DNA of 64,000 bases from positions 17,456-81,455 of the forward strand of contig CAIRGJ010000013.1 of NCBI GenBank assembly GCA_903878085.1. The letters are read 5' to 3'. The notes under the pieces were generated by a model that searched no databases, was not told the origin of the DNA, and saw only the letters and a program-made list of their open reading frames with translations. Made by a program: the position numbers and the translations under genes. This DNA comes from an uncultured Hyphomicrobiales bacterium. GTDB taxonomy: Bacteria > Pseudomonadota > Alphaproteobacteria > Rhizobiales > Xanthobacteraceae. Of this stretch, positions 46,666 through 56,552 are shown piece after piece (position 1 is the stretch's first letter; each line of letters starts with the position of its first letter).

Positions 46666-48638
46666 GTGCCTTTCGATGCCTCCGCTGTGGCGGATACGTT
46701 CCCTAAGCTGCTGATGCGCAACGCCCGCATTTATGGGGCGCGACCGTCGATGCGGCACAAGGACCTCGGCGTCTGGCAGACCTGGACTTGGGCCAGGCGC
46801 TAGAGATCGTGCGGGCTTACGCCGTCGGCCTGCACCGGCTTGGCGTGCGGCGCGGCGAAACCGTTGCCATCGTCGGCTCCAACCGGCCGAAGCTCTATTG
46901 GTCGGTGATGGCCGCGCAAATGCTCGGCGCGGTGCCGGTGCCGGTTTATGCCGATGCCGTGGCCGAAGAGCTGTCCTTCGTGCTCGCCCACGCCGAGGTG
47001 CGCTTCGCCGCGGTCGAGGATCAGGAGCAGATCGACAAGATCCAGTCCGTGAAGGATCGCCTGCCCAAGTTGGAGTGGATGGTCTACGACGAGACGCGCG
47101 GCCTTCGCGACTACGACCACAGCCGGCTGCGCTCGATGGAGGACGTCGTCGCCGACGGCCGTAAGGCATTGGCCGAGGATGCCTCGCTCGGCGCCTGGCT
47201 CGATGCCGAGATCGCCGCCACCAAGGGCTCCGATCCCTCGATTATTCTCTACACCTCGGGCACCACCGGCACGTCCAAAGGCGTCGTGCTCACCGGCGAG
47301 CGCTCGGTCAAGGCGGCGGCGGACACCGTCACCTTCGACAAGTTGACCGAGAAAGATGTCGCACTCGCTTATCTGCCGATTGCCTGGGTCGGCGACCATT
47401 ATCTCAATTATGCGCAAGGCCTGGTGTCGGGCTTCTGCATGGCTTGCCCGGAAAGCGCCGACACCGCGATGTCCGACCTGCGCGAGATCGGGCCGACGTT
47501 TTATTTTGCCCCGCCGCGCACGCTCGAAGCCTTGCTCACCCGCGTGATGATCCGCATGGAGGATGCCGGCTTCCTCAAGCGCAAGATGTTTCACTACTTC
47601 CTGGGCGTGGCGCGGCGTTACGGCGAGCGCATCCTCAACGGCCAGCCGGTGGGGCCCGCCGGCCGGCTGCTTTACGGGATCGGCAATGTTCTGGTTTACG
47701 GCCCGCTGAAAAACACGCTCGGATTCTCGCGCGTGCGCGTGGCCTACACTGCCGGCGAGGCAATCGGCCCTGACCTGTTCGCGTTCTACCGCTCGATCGG
47801 GCTGAACCTGAAACAGCTCTACGGCCAGACCGAAGCCTTCCTCTACATCACGGCGCAGCCCGACGGCGAAATCTATTCCGATACCGTGGGACCGGCGTGT
47901 TCGAACGTTGACATCCGCATCGCTGACAATGGCGAGGTGCTGTTCAAGTCGCCGGGCATGTTTGCGGGTTATTTCAAGGACGAGACCAAGACCGCCGAGG
48001 CGATGACGCCGGACGGTTACGTCTTGACCGGCGACGCAGGTTACTTCGACGACAAGACCGGCCACCTCAAGATAATCGATCGCGCTAAAGACGTCGGCAA
48101 GCTTAACGACGGCACGCTGTTCCCGCCGAAATACCTCGAGAACAAGCTGAAGTTCTATCCGAACATCCGGGAAGCGGTCGCCTACGGGGACAAGCACGAC
48201 TTCGTCGCGGTGATGATCAATATCGATTTGACCGCGGTCGGTAGTTGGGCCGAGCGCAACAACGTCGTTTACGCCTCGTACCAGGAGCTTGCCGGCCACA
48301 GCCAAGTCTACGACATGATCGAGAAGCACGTCGCCGAGGTGAACCATTCCTTGGCGCAGGACAAAATGATGGCGGGCGTGCAGATCAGGCGCTTCCTGAT
48401 CCTGCACAAGGAGTTGGACGCCGATGACGGCGAGCTGACGCGTACCCAGAAAGTCCGCCGCGGCTTCATCGCCGAGCGTTACGCGGCGCTGATCAAGGCG
48501 CTGTATGACGGTTCCAACGAAGCTGATATCTCCACCGAAGTGACCTTCGAGGACGGCCGCAAGGGCACCATCAGCGCGCGGGTGAAGATTCGCGACATGA
48601 AGGTCGAGCCGCTGCCCGTTATGGGGAAGGCGGCATGA
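46666..48638 (+). CDS. Long-chain acyl-CoA synthetase with an apparent 1-nt frameshift near 46790
   Basis: SD GGAGG and GTG 46666 give ..DTFPKLL..GVWQTWTWA; the body continues in the -1 frame with YTSGTTG and YGQTE; pseudogene or assembly error. Confidence 0.82.
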
Positions 48639-48659
48639 GTTTTCTCGACGTAACGCGCC

Positions 48660-48834
48660 GGCATTTGCTTCCCCTCCCCCCACGAGCCTTTGCGAGTGGT
48701 GGGGAGGGGTCAGGGGTGGGGGGCCTTTTCATGCGCACACCTTCAAAAATTCCCCCCACCCCGGTTCGCATCGCCGCCGCGATGCTCACCGACCCTCCCC
48801 ACCGCTTCGCGGGGGGAGGGAAAGGAAGCATGCC
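48660..48834. mobile_element. MITE-like insertion (TTCCCTCCCC family) between fadD-like and livG-like genes
   Basis: Imperfect TIRs GGCAT..TGCTTCC / GGAAGCATGCC; internal CCCC/GGGG hairpins; shares sequence with 1400-1450. Confidence 0.7.
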
Positions 48835-49635
48835 ATGAGAGCCCCCGGCGGACCCGAGGTTGCGGTCGGCGGCGTGCTGCTGGCAGTGGAGAACGTCTCG
48901 CTCGCGTTCGGCGGCGTGAAGGCGGTCAACGACGTTTCCTTCGATATCCGCAAGGGCGAAATCCGCGCCATCATCGGCCCGAACGGTGCCGGCAAGACCT
49001 CGATGCTTAACATCATCAACGGCTTTTATCAGCCGCAGCAGGGCCGCATCACTTTCAAGGGCGAGGCGCGCTCGAAGATGCGCCCGCACGACGCGGCCAA
49101 AGGCGGCATCGCCCGCACGTTCCAGAACGTCGCTCTGTTTCGCGGCATGACGTCGCTCGACAACATCATGGCGGGCCGCACGCTGCGGATGAACAAGAAC
49201 CTGTTCTGGCAGTTGCTGCGCTTCGGCCCGGCGATGACCGAAGAAGTCGAGCACCGCCATCGCGTCGAGGAGATCATCGACTTCCTCAAGATACAGGAAA
49301 TCCGCCGCACGCCGGTGGGCCGGTTGCCCTACGGCCTGCAGAAGCGCGTCGAGCTTGGCCGCGCGCTCGCCATGGAGCCGGAGTTGCTGCTGCTCGACGA
49401 GCCGATGGCCGGCATGAACCTCGAGGAAAAAGAGGACATGTCGCGCTTCATTCTCGACGTCAACGATCACTACGGCACCACCATCGTGCTGATCGAGCAT
49501 GACATGGGCGTGGTGATGGATTTGTCCGACCGCGTCGTGGTGCTCGATCACGGCGTCAAGATCGCCGACGGCACGCCGGATGAGGTCAAAGGCAACCAGT
49601 CCGTGATCGACGCCTATCTCGGTGTGGCTCACTAA
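48835..49635 (+). CDS. Liv-type ABC ATP-binding protein (LivG-like)
   Basis: GPNGAGKT, IARTFQN, LPYGLQKR, LLDEP, IEHDM. Confidence 0.9.
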   Translation: MRAPGGPEVAVGGVLLAVENVSLAFGGVKAVNDVSFDIRKGEIRAIIGPNGAGKTSMLNIINGFYQPQQGRITFKGEARSKMRPHDAAKGGIARTFQNVALFRGMTSLDNIMAGRTLRMNKNLFWQLLRFGPAMTEEVEHRHRVEEIIDFLKIQEIRRTPVGRLPYGLQKRVELGRALAMEPELLLLDEPMAGMNLEEKEDMSRFILDVNDHYGTTIVLIEHDMGVVMDLSDRVVVLDHGVKIADGTPDEVKGNQSVIDAYLGVAH

Positions 49636-49643
49636 GGATCAGC

Positions 49644-50600
49644 ATGGACATCCTCTACAAGATCCTCATCGATCCGTTCCTGCAGATGGGCCAGGCGCCC
49701 GACCTGCTGGTGCAGACGCTATGGGAAGGGCTCGTCTCGGGCGTGCTCTATTCGCTGATCGCGCTCGGCTTCGTGCTGATCTTCAAGGCCTCGGGCGTGT
49801 TCAACTTCGCGCAGGGCATCATGGTGGTGTTCGCGGCGCTGACGCTGGTCGGTCTCTACGAACTCGGCGTTCCGGCCTTTGTCGCGCTGGGCCTGACCAT
49901 CGTCGTGATGTTCGGACTCGCTGTCGCGGTCGAACGGCTGATGCTGCGGCCGCTCGTGAACCAGCCCGACATCATCCTGTTCATGGCGACGTTCGGGCTG
50001 ACGTATTTCCTGATCGGCTTCGGCGAACTGGTGTTCGGCGGCAATCCAAAAAAGATGATCGCCTCCGAGCTTTACTTGCCGAGCGGCGCCTATGACATCA
50101 AGATGTTCGGCGGCTTCGTCAGCCTGCAGAAGATCGACATCGCCGCGGCGGTGATCGTGTCGCTGATGGTGATTTCGCTCGCCGTCTTCTTCCAGAAAAC
50201 CCGCATCGGCCGCGCCTTGCGCGCGGTGGCCGATAGCCACAAGGCGGCGCTGTCGGTTGGCATCTCGCTGGAGCAGATCTGGGTGGTGGTGTGGTTTGCC
50301 GCCGGCATCGTCGCGCTGGTGACCGGCATCATGTGGGGCGCTCGCTCTGAGGTGTCGTTCTCGCTGCAGATCATCGCGCTCAAGGCGCTGCCGGTGCTGA
50401 TCCTTGGCGGCTTCACCTCGATCCCCGGCGCCATCATCGGCGGCCTGATCATCGGCATCGGCGAGAAGGTCGGCGAATTCTACTGGGGGCCGCTGCTCGG
50501 CAGCGGCATCGAAAGCTGGCTGGCTTACGTCATCGCCCTCATTTTCCTGTTGTTCCGGCCGCAGGGCCTGTTCGGCGAAAAGATTATTGAGAGAATCTGA
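49644..50600 (+). CDS. Liv-type ABC permease (LivH-like)
   Basis: ALGFVLIFKASGVFNFAQG. Confidence 0.9.
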   Translation: MDILYKILIDPFLQMGQAPDLLVQTLWEGLVSGVLYSLIALGFVLIFKASGVFNFAQGIMVVFAALTLVGLYELGVPAFVALGLTIVVMFGLAVAVERLMLRPLVNQPDIILFMATFGLTYFLIGFGELVFGGNPKKMIASELYLPSGAYDIKMFGGFVSLQKIDIAAAVIVSLMVISLAVFFQKTRIGRALRAVADSHKAALSVGISLEQIWVVVWFAAGIVALVTGIMWGARSEVSFSLQIIALKALPVLILGGFTSIPGAIIGGLIIGIGEKVGEFYWGPLLGSGIESWLAYVIALIFLLFRPQGLFGEKIIERI

Positions 50601-51676
50601 TGTTCTACCGCGAAGCCGGGCAATTCAAGACGACGTACCAGGCCGACCAGGCCGTGTTCCCGATATTGCAGGACCGCGTCGGCCTGGCCTTGATCCTGAT
50701 CGGCGCTTTCGTCCTGATCCCGCTCGTGGCCTCGGACTTCTTCCTCAGCGTGGTGATGATCCCGCTGCTGATCCTGGCACTGGCGTCGATCGGGCTCAAT
50801 ATTCTCACCGGTTACACAGGCCTGCTGTCGCTCGGCACCGGCGGTTTCATGGGTGTCGGCGCCTTTGCCTGCTACAAGCTCACGACGCTGTTTCCCGGCG
50901 TCAACATCGTCATCTGGATTCTGGTGTCGGGATTTTTCTCGACCGCGCTCGGGATTCTGTTCGGCTTGCCGTCGCTGCGCATCAAGGGCTTCTACCTCAC
51001 AGTGGCGACGCTCGCCGCGCAGTTCTTCCTCGACTGGTCCTTCATCCGCATCCAGTGGCTGACCAACTACAACACCTCCGGCGCCATCGAAGTGCCGACC
51101 CGCACGCTGTTCTCTTTTCCGGTGACCGGCCCCAACGCGACGCCGCAATTCCGTTACCTGGTGATCCTCGCCGTCGTCACGCTGCTGACCTGGTTCGCCT
51201 CGAACCTGGTGCATGGCCGCATCGGGCGGATGTGGATGGCGGTGCGCGACATGGACCTCGCGGCCGAATTGATCGGCATCCCGCTCTATCGCACCAAGCT
51301 CCTGGCCTTCGCCATCTCGTCTTATTACTGCGGCGTCGCCGGAGCGCTGATGGTGTTCTTCTGGTACGGCAGCGCCGAACCGGGCGTGTTCAACATCGAC
51401 CAGTCTTTCACCATATTGTTCATGGTCATCATCGGCGGCCTTGGCAGCCTGACCGGATCGTTCTTCGGCGCCGCGCTGATTTATGGGCTGCCGATCATGA
51501 TGAAAGCCGTGCTGCACGGGCTTGGCATCAACATTCTGCCGGCCACCGTCGAGCACCTGACTTTCATGACGGTCGGCGCGCTGATCGTGCTGGTTTTGAT
51601 CGTCGAGCCGCTCGGCCTGGCGCGCTTGTGGCAGATAACAAAGCAGAAATTGAGGGTCTGGCCATTCCCCTATTAA
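50600..51676 (+). CDS. Liv-type ABC permease (LivM-like)
   Basis: GLNILTGYTG, LRIKGFYL. Confidence 0.9.
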   Translation: MFYREAGQFKTTYQADQAVFPILQDRVGLALILIGAFVLIPLVASDFFLSVVMIPLLILALASIGLNILTGYTGLLSLGTGGFMGVGAFACYKLTTLFPGVNIVIWILVSGFFSTALGILFGLPSLRIKGFYLTVATLAAQFFLDWSFIRIQWLTNYNTSGAIEVPTRTLFSFPVTGPNATPQFRYLVILAVVTLLTWFASNLVHGRIGRMWMAVRDMDLAAELIGIPLYRTKLLAFAISSYYCGVAGALMVFFWYGSAEPGVFNIDQSFTILFMVIIGGLGSLTGSFFGAALIYGLPIMMKAVLHGLGINILPATVEHLTFMTVGALIVLVLIVEPLGLARLWQITKQKLRVWPFPY

Positions 51677-51731
51677 CGGTTCAAACTACGCTCAAAGGCG
51701 CCGGAAAGGCGCGTCAACAGGGAGGTAAAAC

Positions 51732-53060
51732 ATGCGTGTGAAATCATCTATTCTTGGCATGGCGCTGCTTGCCACCGCCGCGACGATGGGCGCCCCGGTG
51801 CCGGCCGCGGCGCAGGATTCGAATTATGTGCCGCTGTTCACCTATCGCACCGGGCCGTTCTCGGGCTCGGGCATCTATATCGCCGAGGGCATGCACGACT
51901 ACCTCGAGATGCTCAATCAGCGCGACGGCGGCATCGGTGGCGTCAAGATCGCCATCGAGGAATGCGAAACCGGTTACGACACCAAGAAGGGCCTCGAATG
52001 CTACGAGGCGGTGAAAGGCAAGAAGCCAGTCGTTGTGAACCCGTGGTCCACCGGTATCACATTGCCGCTGATCCCGCGCGCGGCGGTCGACAAGGTCCCG
52101 GTGCTGTCGATGGCTTACGGCCTGTCGGCGTCGGCGATCGGCGACACCTTCCCCTGGATCTTCAATCCGCCGGCTACTTATTGGGACGGCATGTCGATGA
52201 TCCTGTCTTACATCGGCACCAAGGAAGGCGGTCTCGACAAGCTCAAGGGCAAGACGCTCGGCTTCATCTATCTCGATGCCGGTTACGGCAAGGAGCCGAT
52301 CCCGCTGCTCGAGCAATTGGCGAAGGATTACGGCTTTACGCTGAAGCTTTATCCGGTCCCCGCCACCGAAATGCAGAACCAGTCGTCGCAGTGGCTCAAC
52401 GTCCGCCGCGACAAGCCCGACCACATGGTGATGTACGGTTGGGGCGCGATGCAGCCGACCGCGGTCAAGGAAGCCGCCAAGGTCAACTATCCGATGGATA
52501 AGTTCATCTCCATCTGGTGGATCAACGAGGACGATGTGGGGTCCGCGGGGCCGGCTTCGAAAGGCCTCAAGTCGCTCAACTTTCACGCCGTCGGCGACAA
52601 CTTCCCGGCGGTCCAGGACATCAAGAAGTACGTCACCGACAAGAACCTGACCCAGACCGACAAGAGCCATCTCGGCAAGGTGCTGTATAATCGCGGCGTC
52701 TATAACTCGATGCTGATCGCCGAAGGCATCCGCAATGCGCAGAAGCTCACCGGCAAGAAGGTCATCACCGGCGAGGATATGCGTCGCGGGCTCGAGACGC
52801 TCAACGTGTCGGAGGCCCGGCTGAAGGAAATCGGCCTCGCGGGCTTCTCCGGTCCGGTCAAGTTATCTTGCGCCGACCACAACGGCCACTTCTCCACCTT
52901 CATGCAGGAATGGGACGGGACGAAGTGGGCCAAGGTCAGCGGCGATATCAAACCGATGGCCGACAAAGTGAGCCCGCTGCTCACCGCGGCGGCCAAGGAC
53001 TACATCGACAAGAACGGCAACTGGCCGAAGCGCACCGAGGCTTGCGACAAGGCCTCTTGA
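51732..53060 (+). CDS. Liv-type ABC substrate-binding protein
   Basis: Signal peptide; YRTGPF, ECETGYDT. Confidence 0.9.
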   Translation: MRVKSSILGMALLATAATMGAPVPAAAQDSNYVPLFTYRTGPFSGSGIYIAEGMHDYLEMLNQRDGGIGGVKIAIEECETGYDTKKGLECYEAVKGKKPVVVNPWSTGITLPLIPRAAVDKVPVLSMAYGLSASAIGDTFPWIFNPPATYWDGMSMILSYIGTKEGGLDKLKGKTLGFIYLDAGYGKEPIPLLEQLAKDYGFTLKLYPVPATEMQNQSSQWLNVRRDKPDHMVMYGWGAMQPTAVKEAAKVNYPMDKFISIWWINEDDVGSAGPASKGLKSLNFHAVGDNFPAVQDIKKYVTDKNLTQTDKSHLGKVLYNRGVYNSMLIAEGIRNAQKLTGKKVITGEDMRRGLETLNVSEARLKEIGLAGFSGPVKLSCADHNGHFSTFMQEWDGTKWAKVSGDIKPMADKVSPLLTAAAKDYIDKNGNWPKRTEACDKAS

Positions 53061-53117
53061 GCTAACAAATCCTCTCCCCGCGCGACGCGTGGGGAGAGTT
53101 TCCTTTTTGGAGCGCGC

Positions 53118-53966
53118 ATGACTCTCGCGGTGCAAACGGAAACGACATCGTCCGCTCCCGCGGTCGAGAAAATCCTCACCGTCAACAATATCGAAGTGAT
53201 CTACGATCAGATCATCCTGGTGCTGAAGGGCGTGTCGCTGGACGTGCCGAAGGGCGGCATCGTCGCGCTGCTCGGCGCCAACGGCGCCGGCAAGACCACC
53301 ACGCTGAAAGCTATTTCCAATCTGCTACACGCTGAGCGCGGCGACGTCACCAAAGGCTCGATCATCTTCGATGGTGAAGAAGTGCAGAACCGGTCGCCGA
53401 ACGAACTGGTGCGGCGCGGCTGCATCCAGGTGATGGAAGGCCGCCAGTGCTTCGCGCATCTGTCGATCGAAGAGAATTTGCTGACCGGCGCCTTCACACG
53501 GCGCGACGGCCGCGCCGCGATCAAGCGCGACATGGACATGGTCTACGGCTATTTCCCTAAGCTCTTCGAGCGCAGGAGTTCGCTGGCCGGCTATACCTCG
53601 GGCGGCGAGCAGCAAATGTGCGCGGTCGGCCGGGCGCTGATGTCGCGGCCGAAGATGATCCTGCTCGACGAGCCGTCGATGGGGCTGGCGCCGCAGATCG
53701 TCGAGGAGATTTTCGAGATCGTCAAAGGCCTGAACGAGAGCCAGGGCGTCTCATTCCTGCTGGCCGAGCAGAACACCAACATGGCGCTGCGCTATGCCAC
53801 CTATGGCTACATCCTGGAAAATGGCCGCGTGGTGATGGACGGCGACGCCAAATCGTTGTCCGAGAACGAAGATGTCAAGGAATTCTACCTCGGCATTTCG
53901 GAAGGCCGGCGCAAGAGTTTCCGCGACGGCAAGCACTATCGGCGCAGGAAGCGGTGGTTGGCGTAG
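53118..53966 (+). CDS. Liv-type ABC ATP-binding protein (LivF-like)
   Basis: GANGAGKT, TSGGEQQM, LAEQN. Confidence 0.9.
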   Translation: MTLAVQTETTSSAPAVEKILTVNNIEVIYDQIILVLKGVSLDVPKGGIVALLGANGAGKTTTLKAISNLLHAERGDVTKGSIIFDGEEVQNRSPNELVRRGCIQVMEGRQCFAHLSIEENLLTGAFTRRDGRAAIKRDMDMVYGYFPKLFERRSSLAGYTSGGEQQMCAVGRALMSRPKMILLDEPSMGLAPQIVEEIFEIVKGLNESQGVSFLLAEQNTNMALRYATYGYILENGRVVMDGDAKSLSENEDVKEFYLGISEGRRKSFRDGKHYRRRKRWLA

Positions 53967-53976
53967 CTCCACTTTC

Positions 53977-54097
53977 GTCATGGCCGGGCTTGTCCCGGCC
54001 ATCCACGTCTTGCTTATCTGATATCAGGAAAACGTGGATGCCCGGCACATAGGCGAGCGAAGCGACGCCGTCTTCGACGGCGATGGCCGGGCATGAC
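53977..54097. repeat. GTCATGGCCGGGCTTGTCCCGGCCATCC REP doublet
   Basis: Family shared with 36676-36798; degenerate copy near 12047. Confidence 0.8.
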
Positions 54098-54109
54098 GGG
54101 GAGAGGCTA

Positions 54110-55342
54110 GTGACCGACTACTGCGACGAACTCGAAACCCGCGACCCCGCTGCGCGCGAACGCAGGCATTTCACGGAGTTGCCGGCGCAGATCGAGCGCG
54201 CGATGAAGGCGCCCGGTTGGGCCGCGCATCTCGCGGGCATCGATCCGCGGTCTGTCACGTCACGCGATGCGCTGGCGAAACTGCCGGTGCTCCGCAAGTC
54301 CGATATCGCGGAACTGCAGAAATCAAACCCGCCGTTCGGCGGTCTGGCCACAAAGCCCGCCGGGACGTTCCACCGGCTCTTGATGTCGCCGGGGCCGATC
54401 TTCGAGCCTCAGGCCGAAGGCGCCGACGGCTACGGCGCGGCGCGCGCTTGTTACGCCGCGGGCTTCCGCCGCGACGACATCGTCCACAACTCGTTCGCCT
54501 ATCATCTGACGCCGGGCGGTTTCATTCTCGAGTCCGGCTGTTTCGCGCTCGGCTGCGCGGTGATTCCCGGCGGCGTCGGCAACACCGAGCAGCAACTCGA
54601 CGCCATCGCGCATTATCGTCCGTCCGGCTATGTCGGCACGCCGGATTTCCTCAAGATATTGCTCGATACCGCCGAGAAGACCCGCAAGGACGCGTCGTCG
54701 TTCAAGCGTGCGTTGGTATCCGGCGCGGCGCTGCCGGCGTCGTTGCGCGGTGAACTGGCCAAGCGCGGCGTCGCGGTGCTGCAATGCTACGCTACCGCCG
54801 AACTCGGCGTCATTGCCTACGAGTCGGAAGCGCAGGAAGGCATGATCGTCAACGAATCGGTCATCGTCGAGATCGTGCGGCCCGGCACCGGCGATCCGGT
54901 CGCCGAGGGCGACGTCGGTGAGGTGGTCGTCACCTCTTTCAATCCGGATTATCCGATGATCCGGCTCGGCACCGGCGATCTGTCAGCATTTCTGCCCGGC
55001 GTCTCGCCGTGCGGGCGTACCAACGCGCGCATCAAGGGATGGATGGGGCGGGCCGACCAGACCGCCAAAGTCAAAGGCATGTTCGTGAATCCTAAGCAAA
55101 TCGCGGAGATCGCGATCCGCCACCGCCAACTGACGCGGCTGCGACTTGTCGTTGGGCGCCAGGCCGAGCAGGACACCATGACGCTGCTGGCGGAATGCGC
55201 CGCGCCCGACGCCGCCCTGGAAGCGGCCATCGCCGACACCTTGCAGGCGGTCACCAAGCTCAGGGGGGCGGTCAAATTGGTCGCGCCCGGGTCCTTGCCC
55301 AACGACGGCAAGGTGATCGCGGATGAGCGGCCGGCGGGGTAG
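54110..55342 (+). CDS. Phenylacetate-CoA ligase-like AMP-binding protein
   Basis: SPGPIFEP, YHLTPGG, YATAELG, RLGTGD, KVKGMFV. Confidence 0.82.
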   Translation: MTDYCDELETRDPAARERRHFTELPAQIERAMKAPGWAAHLAGIDPRSVTSRDALAKLPVLRKSDIAELQKSNPPFGGLATKPAGTFHRLLMSPGPIFEPQAEGADGYGAARACYAAGFRRDDIVHNSFAYHLTPGGFILESGCFALGCAVIPGGVGNTEQQLDAIAHYRPSGYVGTPDFLKILLDTAEKTRKDASSFKRALVSGAALPASLRGELAKRGVAVLQCYATAELGVIAYESEAQEGMIVNESVIVEIVRPGTGDPVAEGDVGEVVVTSFNPDYPMIRLGTGDLSAFLPGVSPCGRTNARIKGWMGRADQTAKVKGMFVNPKQIAEIAIRHRQLTRLRLVVGRQAEQDTMTLLAECAAPDAALEAAIADTLQAVTKLRGAVKLVAPGSLPNDGKVIADERPAG

Positions 55343-55383
55343 GTGCATCTTGACCCCTCGCGACATTTCCGCCTGATAGGGCC

Positions 55384-56415
55384 ATGAACGAAACCGCGTA
55401 CAAGCCCCCCAACCACCCCGCGATACCGCCGCGCCGCATCGGCGTGCTGCTGGTCAATCTCGGCACGCCGGACGCCACCGACTACTGGTCGATGCGGCGT
55501 TACCTTGCGGAATTCCTGTCCGACCGCCGCGTCATCGAGGAGAACCGGCTCAAGTGGTGGCTGGTGCTTAACCTCATCATTTTGACCTTCCGGCCCGCCC
55601 GCAAAGGCCGCGACTACGACAAGATCTGGAACCGCGAGCGCAACGAATCCTTCCTCAAGACCATCACGCGCTCGCAAACGGACAAGCTCGGCGCCGCGCT
55701 CGCCAACGAGCCGCGCGTCCTGGTCGACTGGGCGATGCGCTACGGCAATCCGTCGATCCGCTCGCGTCTCGACGCGATGCAGGCCGCGGGCTGCGACCGC
55801 ATCCTGCTGGTGCCGCTCTATCCGCAATATGCCGCGGCCACCTCGGCCACCGTCTGCGACAAGGCCTTCGAGGCGCTGGCGCGCATGCGCTGGCAGCCGG
55901 CGTTGCGCGTCGCGCCGGCTTATTTCGACGAGCCGGTCTATATCGAGTCGCTCGCGGCCTCGGTCGAGGAGAACCTGGCGAAGCTGCCGGTCAAGCCGGA
56001 CGTCATCATTGCCTCGTTCCACGGCATGCCGGAAGAATATCTGGAGAAGGGCGATCCCTATTACTGCCAATGCGCCAAGACCGCGCGGCTGTTGCGCGAG
56101 CGGCTCAAGCTCGACGATAAGCAACTGATGCTGACCTTCCAGTCGCGCTTCGGCCCGGCGGAGTGGCTCAAGCCCTACACCGATGCCACCGTGAAGGCGC
56201 TCGCCGCGCAGGGCGTGAAAAACATCGCCATCATCACGCCGGGCTTCTCATCCGACTGCCTCGAGACGCTTGAGGAGATCGCGATGGAGAATGTGGGGTA
56301 TTTCCGTGCCGGGGGAGGCGAGAACGCCACGGTAATCCCCTGTTTAAACGACACGTTTCGCGGGATGTCGGTGATCGAGACGATCGTTGCGCGAGAGCTC
56401 AAAGGCTGGCTCTAA
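55384..56415 (+). CDS. hemH: Ferrochelatase
   Basis: LLVNLGTPD, MRYGNPS, PLYPQY, SFHG, FQSRFG, DCLETLEE. Confidence 0.96.
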   Translation: MNETAYKPPNHPAIPPRRIGVLLVNLGTPDATDYWSMRRYLAEFLSDRRVIEENRLKWWLVLNLIILTFRPARKGRDYDKIWNRERNESFLKTITRSQTDKLGAALANEPRVLVDWAMRYGNPSIRSRLDAMQAAGCDRILLVPLYPQYAAATSATVCDKAFEALARMRWQPALRVAPAYFDEPVYIESLAASVEENLAKLPVKPDVIIASFHGMPEEYLEKGDPYYCQCAKTARLLRERLKLDDKQLMLTFQSRFGPAEWLKPYTDATVKALAAQGVKNIAIITPGFSSDCLETLEEIAMENVGYFRAGGGENATVIPCLNDTFRGMSVIETIVARELKGWL

Positions 56416-56451
56416 GCCGCCAATCCCGGGCGTGGCGGCCATAACGCCTCA

Positions 56452-56480
56452 TTAACCATAGGGCTTTAGCCTCCGTTAAC
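56452..56480. promoter_or_regulatory. Probable CtrA sites
   Basis: TTAACCAT half-site (56452) and TTTA-N7-TTAAC (56465-56480) upstream of the beta-barrel gene. Confidence 0.45.
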
Positions 56481-56552
56481 CACTCCCGCCGGCCGGCGGG
56501 CGCGCCCCCATGGCCGCGCCTCCTGCCGGAACAGGAGGCTTAAGTAGCGGAC

